Positions 13,001 through 24,211 of a stretch of DNA of 35,389 nucleotides are shown here, in pieces; within the stretch, counting starts at the first letter, position 1, and each line of letters begins with the position of its first letter. The stretch covers positions 1 through 35,389 of the forward strand of contig JAUCBJ010002667.1 of NCBI GenBank assembly GCA_032718475.1. Reading direction: 5' to 3'. The notes beneath the pieces were generated by a model. That model did no database searches. It saw only the letters and a program-made list of their open reading frames with translations, and had not been told where the DNA came from. The stretch is from Nemertoderma westbladi. Its lineage: Eukaryota; Animalia; Xenacoelomorpha. A program made the position numbers and the translations under genes.

Positions 13001-14176
13001 CTAGCCGAAGTCATCTTTGCTGGACAACCCAAGTTCCGAACCAAGCTAAACCTGTCAGGGATCATGCAGGTTTGGAATTCTACTGTAGCTGCCGACTATT
13101 ATATATGTGAGTTGTCCACCCCCCAGGACGAACTAGGAGAACATAGCATCAGGTCAGTGAAAATGGTGGCTATAAAGAACTTCGCTACTACTCAAGCAGA
13201 CCTTTATAATTGGGACGAGGATGAGAGCATCCAACATCTTAACATACCTCGATTCCAGACTGATTATCCTGGAGTGCAAATACTCATCGGCCAAAACGCG
13301 CATGAGGCGCTGGAGACATTAGAGAAACGACCTGCTGAACCGCAACCACTTCAGCCCTATGCGGTAAGAACTAGAGTAGGTTGGTACCTTACTGGACCTT
13401 CCGGTAGAACGCTCAGGGAAAGACTGCTTCAAGATCGCGTCTGCCAGATGAGTGAATGGGAAGATGATACTAGTGAGGGAGACGACCCAACTGAGGGAAC
13501 ACCACACTCCTCAGATAATGACAATCTTAGCTCCAATGTAGATCAATGGCGATATTGCCCCAAGAAGTTTAATCCAACGGACATCGCTTCCAGAGGAGTA
13601 ACTCCTCAAGAACTGACAGATACTACAGACCGGTTAGGTGAACCCGACTTCCTGAGTAAGGAGGATGAATGGCCTCCCCATCTTACTCCGACTGAGATTA
13701 GACCAGCCAAGGGAGCGGAGAAAGTTAAACCTAAAACCCGGGCGGGTGGATCGGAGTTATTTGAACCCGGGATAGATCTGTCGGTATTACATGTTGCCAG
13801 GGACGACGCCGTGGATCTGGGCCTCCCCACCGCGAGTGGATCCTTCATGAAGATCAGAGAGAGCGATTGGAGCTCTGGAACATCAGACGCCTCGCAGGGA
13901 CTCTCACCTCTCCTGCAGAGAGCGACGGACCACTATAGCTCCTGGAATCGGCTTTGTGACGCCGTCATATACTTTGAGCGATGTTTCTATCGTCACTATT
14001 CCAGGACGAAGAGGAAACCTGGAATTGTATTCAGGATGCAGCGACTCAATCACCCAGTCGGTCGTTTGTGTTTATCGGAAGGGAATGGAGGACTCTCCGG
14101 AAACTGTGGAAGGCAAGATTCTCTTCCCACGACCACCTCCCTAATCCTTCAAACATCTAGGGACTCCATAACGTAA
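10025..14176 (+). CDS. gag: BEL/Pao Gag-aspartic protease polyprotein with a vestigial RNase H C-terminus; RT and integrase absent
   Basis: Ala/Glu/Lys coiled-coil repeats; DUF1759-like capsid region (KFNGDEMKWLPF...EKLRYLIECLEG); three BEL-type Zn knuckles (CVLCDGPHRLNAC, CYNCLRRGHQRRTC, CAKCGAKHHILLH); protease ALLDSGS...ILIG...TRVGWYLTG; QWRYCP..NPTDIASRG...PDFL...WP. No YxDD RT motif or DDE integrase motif seen. Confidence 0.93.
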   Translation: MSDAKQNLSDSLLDTTESEVTAEKPHKRDAIDIYLSDYQRFLGDEELRRRLEGLSPNSEGAKLVLDAIDVDRLAANQAKFDEQLRIAREKEEQVKKKRIEDRKAAAVAAAVAEAEAERKAAAAVAEAEAERKAAVAEAEAERKAAVAEAAAETERKAALAIAEAVVEAERRASEEATQLELEILQEKQDNFNKQLTASNMQMMSRSTPKRQGYTSSEEGDTTNTEGGGNRPRLSRRKRTFHRQKLPDLPPAVRRQLNNTNLGSTEPTDQIITIERLPTIVDEPEIIRPVLEITPSVIDTPVLPEATSKFPLHSTKLPVPSRTAQETVQVLDPERNIPDLSPVVPRPPATTLADPVSAVDWVDERRRGMDILLRKMEENQTRSSQQVRELEGTVQQLKGTVRESRLELQEVQQSIALERDKLVNTQKGIPPPSVTMCQPVRSEVSHAQGVEPTRIYTASEVETPIVNPIKGNYRPVDNDIPYRTDHNPRNLYTDNSILNSTMAQESFTRQMARTEARQAVKVGEIVKFNGDEMKWLPFNEYYKDNIQNSVLSNGEKLRYLIECLEGSPKLMALKFIGHPDGLRQVWDTLNIRYGNRNNIAGYLYAKLVAPRKFISSGIIEFSDEIQEICRQLDWLGKSHEYQNTMVIRAVASTLPKGGVGTRWDKKVLYMMEQQRRDPTMADLMSFLDGEVKLQLLKQSREKTPENKVSEKPVSRRKITPVCYTDDGESQTSQGEDSGKDTDRSYYVNKMPKDQVSKFKSRTNDRREQVRKTPPTSPKRIQVRKPEEKASVHNVTQNKVSNIKPKCVLCDGPHRLNACDKFLRKSLKDRREVMWDKRLCYNCLRRGHQRRTCNSDARCAKCGAKHHILLHTEFERNSPSQVSESELHVQFSDVNDTDQSEMEGFYTDEFSDQNESCYLINTTAVYRALVYEKDTDSDLTLTTSDQQPSWKAPTSNIGIREFPVVQLRVHGPQKSYIVNALLDSGSTGTFIDRELAEVIFAGQPKFRTKLNLSGIMQVWNSTVAADYYICELSTPQDELGEHSIRSVKMVAIKNFATTQADLYNWDEDESIQHLNIPRFQTDYPGVQILIGQNAHEALETLEKRPAEPQPLQPYAVRTRVGWYLTGPSGRTLRERLLQDRVCQMSEWEDDTSEGDDPTEGTPHSSDNDNLSSNVDQWRYCPKKFNPTDIASRGVTPQELTDTTDRLGEPDFLSKEDEWPPHLTPTEIRPAKGAEKVKPKTRAGGSELFEPGIDLSVLHVARDDAVDLGLPTASGSFMKIRESDWSSGTSDASQGLSPLLQRATDHYSSWNRLCDAVIYFERCFYRHYSRTKRKPGIVFRMQRLNHPVGRLCLSEGNGGLSGNCGRQDSLPTTTSLILQTSRDSIT

Positions 14177-14695
14177 CAACATATGGAGTGGGTGTGTGAC
14201 TCTATTATTTTATATTATTTTATTATTTTTATATTTATGTATGTATTACTATGTAATTCTATTATAATCGTTTTCTTTAATTTTATTCAGTAGAATGTTA
14301 TTTTAGCGATTATTTTGTAGAATAGTGCAATATATTCGTGTTTATTACGTACGTAATTACTTATATTATATTTAGTGCGACGGCGAAGAAATAATTATTT
14401 TTTCTCTTTCCTTACTGTCCGTATCATAGTATAAATACGTGACTACAGTAAGATGAAATGTCCGTACTTATTAAAGTACAATAAAGCCACTACTATATTT
14501 AAGTATTATTGGTAGGCAGAGTATTAGGAATGCAAAGTTCAGATCCTCGTGTCTCGGCTAAACCAAGCTCTGGGTAGACCTTGGAAACGACTTGCCTCTT
14601 CACACTGACATTGCTTCGTGCGATATTGCTCTCATACCGTATATAATAATACATATAGTAGCGTGATGTCCCTTTAACAGTAGCGTAAAACGCAA

Positions 14696-15020
14696 AATAA
14701 ATCTGTTAAACCCTTTGACCATCAGTAATTCTAGTCGATTAAGATATCGCGGCACCCACCGATATACTTGAAAGACAAATTCTAGAATCAGTGGTTAACG
14801 TCCCCAGACAAGTTCTGGAATAAATCGGTGCCCATCTCAAATATTAATTATTTAATATTTGCAAATCTAATAAATCAAAATCTGTAAAATTCAGATCCTT
14901 CAACAATTCTAGTCAATTAAGATATCGTAGCATTTACCGATATTCTTAAAAAAGACAATTGTCATAGAATTAAGGATCTTGTGTCCCTAGACATGTTCTA
15001 GAATCAAAATATGTCCATTT
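14696..15020. repeat. Diverged ~178-bp direct repeat pair in the element's 3' non-coding region
   Basis: AATTCTAGTC(G/A)ATTAAGATATCG at 14727 and 14905, each followed by ACCGATAT...AAAGACAA and CC(C/T)AGACA(A/T)GTTCT(G/A)GAAT. Confidence 0.75.
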
Positions 15021-15831
15021 AATTATCAAATAATAAAATTTCAGGGAATAAATTTAAATTCATGCCTTTAATGAATTTAATAAATTGCCATTTTACGCAA
15101 TTTATAAAGTTCCCAAAATTCCATTAATTAATAGATCAAGGGAGCGGAGATTTATCTTATCATGCGTATGAGAGTGTGAAAGTCTCCCAAACATAGTCAA
15201 TAGCCGATAAAATTCATAAAGTCATGTATAAAACAGAACATTGACTATTAAAGAATACTATTAAATAACATCCCAGATCTGTATGCATTGGAATTACTCT
15301 AATTCTACCGCTAGCTTTGCATAATGTCACCATAGCAACAACCACGCTAGAATTAGAATTGAGTTAAACGAACAATAGAAAGCTTGTACCATTGAATAGC
15401 ATAGGGAATAAATAGCGCACTACTAGTATCCAAGGATACATAATAATACAGTGACATTCTGGAAGGCATTGACTAACGGACAAATGGCCCGAATGTGTGT
15501 AATTTGTGACAAGTTGTGTGTGTGGTATTTGTGAGTTTATAGGTGAATGTTACTGCTAATGTGTGTTTACAGTAGCCAGTCGCAATCGTAAAGTAACCTA
15601 ACTTTCCAAGGAATACCTGAAGTACATCTAAGCCTTTGGGACGGACAGTCGAGTGACTTGTGCTGGTTGTCGTTGTCGTTGTGCGGCTACGTCGTTGGCG
15701 AAAGTACGGCGGCGACGACACATCGGCGCTGAGGATCTCGTCCTGTCCGGGGGTTGATTGGGGTAGGCAGCGACGCCCGCTCGCCTAAATATAAACTCAT
15801 TATAATATGGATAAACTCATATATAGCAGAT

Positions 15832-16137
15832 ATGACGGAGTTGATAGAAGATGGTCTTGGTATCGGGGAGCGATATACTCTACTTTTACAAGCATTTGTT
15901 GATAGCTTAATACGCGGCGACGTTAGTCCAACTGCTGCGGAGGACGATGGTCGTTATATCGAACCGCCAATGTCCCAAGAGCAGCTCACGCGTGAGTTGG
16001 ACTATAGAAAATTCGCTGCTCGATATACGCAGCGTAATGGTACGTATATGGGCTTCTTAACTACTGGACATCCTATCGATTTACACAATACGGACTATGT
16101 CGACTATATATCCTGCCCAGCGGAGTCGGAACCATAA
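15832..16137 (+). CDS. Possible small accessory ORF of unknown function inside the retroelement (101 aa from ATG 15832)
   Basis: Protein-like composition in a region richer in GC than the preceding AT-rich spacer; no recognisable motif. Confidence 0.25.
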   Translation: MTELIEDGLGIGERYTLLLQAFVDSLIRGDVSPTAAEDDGRYIEPPMSQEQLTRELDYRKFAARYTQRNGTYMGFLTTGHPIDLHNTDYVDYISCPAESEP

Positions 16138-17180
16138 ACTGAAATTCGAATGCGAAAATTCTATTCGAAATCGACTCGAAAGAAAAGACACTAAAGAAAC
16201 AAATGGACGCGGTAACTCCAACGTATATTTGGAATTCTTGATAGAAGCATTGTAACAACAAATAAATATCACCCGCGTTTACCCTACCAGACGTGCGTCT
16301 TTGGTATTATTACGATAAATGCCCTAGACCCAACTAATAAGCGGAAAGACATAAACATCCACGTAAACCGAAACTTGTTGACGTATCACCTATGCTCACT
16401 CGGCTCGAACGATCCTGGAGTAAACCTACGATCAGAGTCCCGGAATACTCGGTCAAACCTCCTCATTCCTTAGTTGGACCTCAGACCTGCGATCCTGGTG
16501 GTGTCGCGGATCCTCGTGGACTGTATTCACTGTTCAAAGATCTAGTGCTACCCTAACAATTAATCGGTAACACTCCGACAGTGATTTCTAGCTAGCCGCC
16601 CATCTTACCTAGCCGGATTGTGATGCGGACACCTAATATCACTATCCTACCGTATGGTCGTCCCCGTTTAACGCGATACAACCCTTCATCAAGGTGAAGG
16701 AGAGTTTTGTACGAAACGAGTTAAACGTGATTCTATAAAGATCAAAAAGGAAACCTGCGTTTGTTCAGATAAACGTAAGTTATAACAGTAAGTCCAATCG
16801 ATAAACGAATTGGCCTTATCTCGGTTCGATTGGGAAATCTCGAATCTCTAAGAAGATATCAAGCTTAGAAAACCCTATTCTCTGCGAGAGTTTTGGACGA
16901 ACATATCCCATGACAAGCGGAGGAAAATCAGCTCGAGGAGAAGCATATCGAAATGGACGAGACACCGACAGTAAATCCAAACCTTCTAATGCAATCATAT
17001 TGCACCCTTCACCCAGGAGTTATGGCCCTCCTAGTAAAGTGGTTCCCCCCAAAGAGAAAAGGACTCTTGCTAGCTTTAAAAAACTGCATAAACGCCGTCC
17101 GCGCAAGAAACTGTTTAGAGTATCTTTAGGTTTTAGAAACTGTGATTTTTATATTTTATAGACTGAAAATCCCATTTTCT

Positions 17181-17188
17181 GGGAGCGG
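17181..17188 (+). promoter_or_regulatory. Polypurine tract GGGAGCGG
   Basis: Directly abuts the TG start of the 3' LTR. Confidence 0.7.
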
Positions 17189-18424
17189 TGTAAAAGCCTT
17201 TGCTGAATTGCCCCGTTATTTTTATTATCTTTTACATTAAAATACTCTGTAGTTGATTTAATAAGTGTAAGAGACCGTATTATTGCTGTATCGGTGTTTT
17301 TAGAGGATCTAAGACCTATTTCCTCCGTATGTGTACTGTGAAAGGTATATTTTATGATTCTATGGCAATTCGTGACGCAAAGGGGTGATAGCTACTCTTG
17401 AACAGTAGTTACTATGACTACGGTTAACAGCTGACATTCATACGTGTTGATTTCCTTTGTTCTACGGCGTCTCTCAGTTCAGTCAGCCAATTAGAGCGTT
17501 TTTGTGGCTCCTTGTACAGAAAATTTCCGAGAAATGACGCAATGCCTATGTGCAGTGTTTACATTCAGTCCTGAGCCAAAGAAAGAACGGCTTGGAAGTA
17601 TTTTGTGCTTTACTGTTTTAGCCGTACACTAGTAGGCTTAATCATAAGGACATATATCCGTTATCTAACTTGACTAACCTAACTCAATGCAATCAATGCA
17701 TAGTGCAGTACTGCATACACTGCATACTGTGTAACACTGTGCATACTTTATATTGTTATACTGCTATTTGCTGTCTGTACTTCATAATATGGTTGATGAA
17801 TTATTATATTTGGAATAACGATAAATAACCCAGAAAACCCAATATTCTTGATATACTGAAGGTAAGAGAGAAAGGTTATACATAACGATTGTGACTTATG
17901 TTAAAGTGGTTTGAAGTGAATCTAATGTTATTTGATAGCCCCTACATGAGTCAGTCCGTGTTCCTTTTATATGTAACTAAAATCAGTGAAGATCGGCAGA
18001 TCAGTGTGCAGTATTGTGCAGCATTGTGTGCGAGTGATACTGATAACGAAGCAATTCCTAAAGAATGCGCCATATATGTGAATTATAATTAAGCCATATC
18101 GTTGTGATTAGTTTAAGTCATAACTCTGTTTATATAGATAGAGCGCCACGTCCTAAAGGAACTGTTAATATTCCCCGAAAGTGAATAATATTGTCAGAGA
18201 TTATATAATACTGTCAGTCGAATAATACATTAAGCTTACATAGCAATAAAATTAAGCCGTCGAACCCAATCTCCCGGGAATTATCCAGCGGGTGAATGAT
18301 CGCGCACAGATTGGTTTCGACTAGTGTAGTGAATCAAATATTTGTCATCGGCTAAAGTGATTTATTATCTAACAGACATCCTAATTTGGCGGGTTAAACT
18401 GCCAAAGGTCTGAAAGCGCGAACA
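17189..18424 (+). repeat. 3' LTR (1236 bp)
   Basis: Near-identical to 6511-7746 and followed by TSD GAATG. Confidence 0.97.
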
Positions 18425-18573
18425 GAATGCTTTTCTTAGGTAGTCTACCAGCTTATATGTTACCAGTTATATGTCTTCGCCGATAGTAACTGCAAATCTA
18501 CATAACTGCAAACTACTGTAGGCGATTTATATGTGTATATATTTATGGGAGAAAATTTTTGGCTCAGTACGCC

Positions 18574-21500
18574 AAGGAATGCCTGTTCACCACCATGGGT
18601 GATCTTCCACAGTAAACCCTTCCACTCTGTTTCCTAAAGGAATGCCTGTTCACCACCATGGGTGATCTTCCACAGTAAACCCATCCACTCTGTTTCCTGA
18701 AGGAAGGCCTCTTTACTACCATGGGTGATCTCCCACATTAAACCCTCCTCTACTCTGTTTCCTAAAGGAATGCCTGTTCACCACCATGGGTGATCTTCCA
18801 CAGTAAACCCTTCCACTCTGTTTCCTAAAGGAATGCCTGTTCACCACCATGGGTGATCTTCCACAGTAAACCCTTCCACTCTGTTTCCTGAAGGAAGGCC
18901 TCTTTACTACCATGGGTGATCTTCCACAGTAAGCCCTTCTACTATGTTTCCTAAAGGAATGCCTGTTCACCACCAAGGGTGATCTTCCACAGTAAACCCT
19001 TCCACTATGTTTCCTAAAGGAATGCCTGTTCACCACCATTGGTAATCTTCCACAGTAAACCCTTCCACTCTGTTTCCTAAAGGAATGCCTGTTCACCACC
19101 ATGGGTGATCTTCCACAGTAAACCCATCCACTCTGTTTCCTGAAGGAAGGCCTCTTTACTACCATGGGTGATCTCCCACATTAAACCCTCCTCTACTCTG
19201 TTTCCTAAAGGAATGCCTGTTCACCACCATGGGTGATCTTCCACAGTAAACCCTTCCACTCTGTTTCCTAAAGGAATGCCTGTTCACCATCATGAGTGAT
19301 CTTCCACAGTAAACCCTTCCACTCTGTTTCCTGAAGGAAGGCCTCTTTACTACCATGGGTGATCTTCCACAGTAAACCCTTCCACTCTGTTTCCTGAAGG
19401 AAGGCCTCTTTACTACCATGGGTGATCTTCCACAGTAAGCCCTTCTACTATGTTTCCTAAAGGAATGCCTGTTCACCACCATGGGTGATCTTCCACAGTA
19501 AACCCTTCCACTCTGTTTCCTAAAGGAATGCCTGTTCACCATCATGAGTGATCTTACACAGTACACCCTTCCACTCTGTTTCCTGAAGGAAGGCCTCTTT
19601 ACTACCATGGGTGATCTTCCACAGTAAGCCCTTCTACTATGTTTCCTAAAGGAATGCCTGTTCACCACCATGAGTGATCTTCCACAGTAAACCCATCCAC
19701 TCTGTTTCCTAAAGGAATGCCTGTTCACCACCGTGGGTGATCTTCCACAGTAAAGCCTTCCACTCTGTTTCCTAAAGGAATGCCTGTTCACCACCATGGG
19801 TGATCTTCCACAGTAATCCAATCCACTCTGTTTCCTAAAGGAATGCCTGTTCACCACCATGGGTGATCTTCCACAGTAAACCCTTCTACTCTGTATCCTA
19901 AAGGAATGCCTGTTCACCACCATGGGTGATCTTCCACAGTAAACCCTTCCACTCTGTTTCCTAAAGGAATGCCTGTTCACCACCATGGGTGATCTTCCAC
20001 AGTAAACCCTTCCACTCTGTTTCCTAAAGGAATGCCTGTTCACCACCATGGGTGATCTTCCACAGTAAACCCTTCCACTCTGTTTCCTAAAGGAATGCCT
20101 GTTCACCACCATGGGTGATCTTCCACAGTAAACCCTTCCACTCTGTTTCCTAAAGGAATGCCTGTTCACCACCATGGGTGATCTTCCACAGTAAACCCTT
20201 CCACTCTGTTTCCTAAAGGAATGCCTGTTCACCACCATGGGTGATCTTCCACAGTAAACCCTTCCACTCTGTTTCCTAAAGGAATGCCTGTTCACCACCA
20301 TGGGTGATCTTCCACAGTAAACCCTTCCACACTGTTTCCTAAAGGAATGCCTGTTCACCACCATGGATGATCTTCAACATTAAACCCTTCCACTCTGTTT
20401 CCCAAAGGAATGCCTGTCCACCACCATGGGTGATCTTCCACAGTAAACCCTTCCACTCTGTTTCCTAAAGGAATGCCTGTTCACCACCATGGGTGATCTT
20501 CCACAGTAAACCCTTCCACTCTGTTTCCTAAAGGAATGCCTGTTCACCACCATGGGTGATCTTCCACAGTAAACCCTTCCACTCTGTTTCCTAAAGGAAT
20601 GCCTGTTCACCACCATGGGTGATCTTCCACAATAAACCCTTCCACTCTGTTTCCTAAAGGAGTGCCTGTTAACCACCATGGGTATTCTTCCACAGTAATC
20701 CAATCCACTCTGTTTCCTAAAGGAATGCCTGTTCACCACCATGGGTGATCTTCCACAGTAAACCCTTCCACTCTGTTTCCTAAAGGAATGCCTGTTCACC
20801 AACATGGGTGATCTTCCACAGTAAACCCTTCCACTCTGTTTCCTAAAGGAATGCCTGTTCACCAACATGGGTGATCTTCCACAGTAAACCCTTCCACTCT
20901 GTTTCCTAAAGGAATGCCTGTTCACCACCATGGGTGATCTTCCACAGTAAACCCTTCCACTCTGTTTCCTAAAGGAATGCCTGTTCACCACCATGGGTGA
21001 TCTTCCACAATAAACCCTTCCACTCTGTTTCCTAAAGGAGTGCCTGTTCACCACCATGGGTGATCTTCCACAGTAATCCAATCCACTCTGTTTCCTAAAG
21101 GAATGCCTGTTCACCACCATGGGTGATCTTCCACAGTAAACCCTTCCACTCTGTTTCCTAAAGGAATGCCTGTTCACCGCCATGGGTGATCTTCCATAGT
21201 AAACCCTTCCACTCTGTTTCCTAAAGGAATGCCTGTTCACCAACATGGGTGATCTTCCACAGTAAACCCTTCCACTCTGTTTCCTAAAGGAATGCCTGTT
21301 CACCAACATGGGTGATCTTCCACAGTAAACCCTTCCACTCTGTTTCCTAAAGGAATGCCTGTTCACCAACATGGGTGATCTTCCACAGTAAACCCTTCCA
21401 CTCTGTTTCCTAATGAATGCCTGTTCACCACCATGGGTGATCTTCCACAGTAAACCCTTCCACTCTGTTTCCTAAAGGAATGCCTGTTCACCGCCATGGG

Positions 21501-22223
21501 TGATCTTCCATAGTAAACCCTTCCACTCTGTTTCCTAAAGGAATGCCTGTTCACCAACATGGGTGATCTTCCACAGTAAACCCTTCCACTCTGTTTCCTA
21601 AAGGAATGCCTGTTCACCACATTGGGTGATCTTCCACAGTAAACCCTTCCACTCTGTTTCCTAAAGGAATGCCTGTTCACCAACATGGGTGATCTTCCAC
21701 AGTAAACCCTTCCACTCTGTTTCCTAAAGGAATGCCTGTTCACCAACATGGGTGATCTTCCACAGTAAACCCTTCCACTCTGTTTCCTAATGAATGCCTG
21801 TTCACCACCATGGGTGATCTTCCACAGTAAACCCTTCCACTCTGTTTCCTAAAGGAATGCCTGTTCACCGCCATGGGTGATCTTCCATAGTAAACCCTTC
21901 CACTCTGTTTCCTAAAGGAATGCCTGTTCACCAACATGGGTGATCTTCCACAGTAAACCCTTCCACTCTGTTTCCTAAAGGAATGCCTGTTCACCACATT
22001 GGGTGATCTTCCACAGTAAACCCTTCCACTCTGTTTCCTAAAGGAATGCCTGTTCACCAACATGGGTGATCTTCCACAGTAAACCCTTCCACTCTGTTTC
22101 CTAAAGGAATGCCTGTTCACCACATTGGGTGATCTTCCACAGTAAACCCTTCCACTCTGTTTCCTAAAGGACACCTAAAGGATGTGTGTCACTACTATAG
22201 GTGATCTTCTACAATAAACCCTT
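18574..22223. repeat. 63-bp minisatellite, about 57 copies plus a degenerate terminal unit
   Basis: Unit CCATGGGTGATCTTCCACAGTAAACCCTTCCACTCTGTTTCCTAAAGGAATGCCTGTTCACCA, head-to-tail with no unique spacers. Confidence 0.99.
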
Positions 22224-22255
22224 ACTTTGCTTATTTTGCTTTTGCTTGCTCTGTT

Positions 22256-24211
22256 TGTTAAAGCGGCGAGAGCCGGGCCGTCCGCTAAAATATTTTACTA
22301 TTATTTACTATACGGCTCCGTTAAATCGCTTGCTCCTTTCTCTACCGATCGCTCGACAGAGAGCTAACTGTTCGAATCTATGAGCCACGCAGGAATAACC
22401 AAAACAATAAACCTGAATCGGCTCCCTAAGCTACTTAAAATGAGTGCGGGTGGTCTAGTAATCGGCGTTCACTTATCACCAAAAACACTGGAATTTACTG
22501 GGCGGAATGTGTTGAATGTGAGAATATTTTAATATTATAATAGGATAAGTCTGTTTATTTTCTTAATGTCGAAACATGTTTTGCTGGCTTTAGACCAGCG
22601 AATTTACTACTGTATACTAGATACTGCTGTCAGCCCGTTGCCCTGCTATTTTCAAATAACCGCCTAGCGTGAATAGTCTACGGTATTCTAAACAATCACT
22701 TAAACTACTCTCCGTTATGCTGCGTACATATTTTATTTTAACATCGCTAAATTAATTACAGTGTCATAAATACGAATTTGCGTACAAATTACTAAGTATT
22801 CCAGTATACGTACTTCTAATTTATTACGTACTGGGTTATACTAGCAACAGCCTAAATACTGTATTATTTCGACCTAATCACCAATTAATAAGCATAAACC
22901 AAGAAATGGAAAGCAATCAAGGAAACAGCGCCTATCTAAGCATTCACATTCAAGAATCAGGCACTCTTTTGCAACGCAACACAAATAGCTGAATGGCGTA
23001 GCAATAAAGCTAATAGTATGGCAGATAGCGCTAGCAGCACCAGTCAGCCAGTGTAGTAATGTACTAGTATACTAGTGTAAGAAGCAAAGGCCACACAAAG
23101 CCACATATAGGACTCCTAACTAAACCCTAATCCTACCCCCTAGAGCTACAAGGTTGAGACGAAATCCGGATCGTCAGCCCCCAAATACTGTACTGACGAC
23201 AGGTCCCCGGTCCTTAACGGTGGCCCCCGTCAGTGTTGCCCCACATTGGATCCTCCGCACTTCCCTTCGTCGCTTCCCCGGCGCGCCCGCCGCGCCTACT
23301 GGTACTTTAGCCCTCCATGCTAAAACAAATAGCTACCGTATCGGCGCATGCGCATTCACAAACAGTCTGACAGTCTGAAAGAAATCCCATAAAGATTATC
23401 GCATCTCAATTGCATAGAAATCATGAGTCAAATGTAGAAATCATAGTTCAAGATTGTAATTCAGAAGTAATCAGCAGAGTCATTATTACCAATTTACATA
23501 ATTTGGAGAAAAGAAAGCAAGGAATTCAAATCATAGAAAAATACAGAAACTAGTAATGGGTATACTGAAGCAGAAAACATTAACAAGAATTAACACGTTA
23601 ACAGGTTAACAGCATGACAGCTAGCAAGAAGTGTTAGCACATACCGGAACAAGGCCAATTTATAGCTGACGAAATAAGGATGACGCAATACTCGTCTCAT
23701 TGGTCCAGCAAGCCATGTCACCATTAGACTAACCTAGAACAGCTGGGCCAATGGGGAAGCCGGGTTGTGATCCCTTTCCCCCCTTTTTCACAAATTATTA
23801 CCATATAAGGAAGGTAATGATTCTGTCCCGGTGGGCTTATAGGTTGCTGGCCATAACATTAATTTCGCGATTATTAAAGCACATTATTAAGCATAATTCG
23901 ATATAAAGGCAATTTAGAAAGAAATATAAATGGAAATTAACACAAATACACAATTAATTCAGACAATATTAATAAACGGCAAGTTCCTATTAGGGTTTTA
24001 TAGGAGCTTGCTACCATAAATGTTATTTATTAAGATTTTATTATAAAATTACGTACGCAAACTACATACTATACAAAAAACGGATGAAATATATGAACTT
24101 GGATATTTTATTGTCCCTATCTAATCACGGCCGTACATTATTATGACTTATCTAAAATACTTTATACAGTATAGTGGGCTGCTTCGGTACACAGCGCCAT
24201 ATATTGTAACA
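22256..24211. mobile_element. Solo LTR (1956 bp) inserted into a unit of the 63-bp satellite
   Basis: TGTTA...TAACA termini; 5-bp TSD CTGTT (22251-22255 and 24212-24216). Removing it restores CTCTGTTCCCTAAAGGAATG, matching the satellite unit. Probably minus orientation, given TATAAA on the - strand near 23660. Confidence 0.85.

Larger units (their letters stand above)
6511..18424 (+). mobile_element. BEL/Pao-family LTR retrotransposon, full-length structure but non-autonomous (gag-protease only)
   Basis: Two 1236-bp direct repeats with TG...CA ends; 5-bp TSD GAATG (6506-6510 and 18425-18429); BEL-type Gag and protease ORF; purine-rich tract before the 3' LTR. Confidence 0.96.

Noticed and set aside
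18613-18620. TAAACCCT plant-telomere-like motif in each satellite unit
   Set aside because: Single non-tandem occurrence per unit in an animal genome; likely coincidental.
18574-22170. CRISPR-like array
   Set aside because: Units are head-to-tail with no unique spacers, there are no cas genes, and the context is eukaryotic.
18716-22174. Minus-strand ORFs of repeated MVVNRHSFRKQSGRVYCGRSP
   Set aside because: By-product of a stop-free 63-bp unit; frames are broken by 1-bp indels and there is no unique coding flank.
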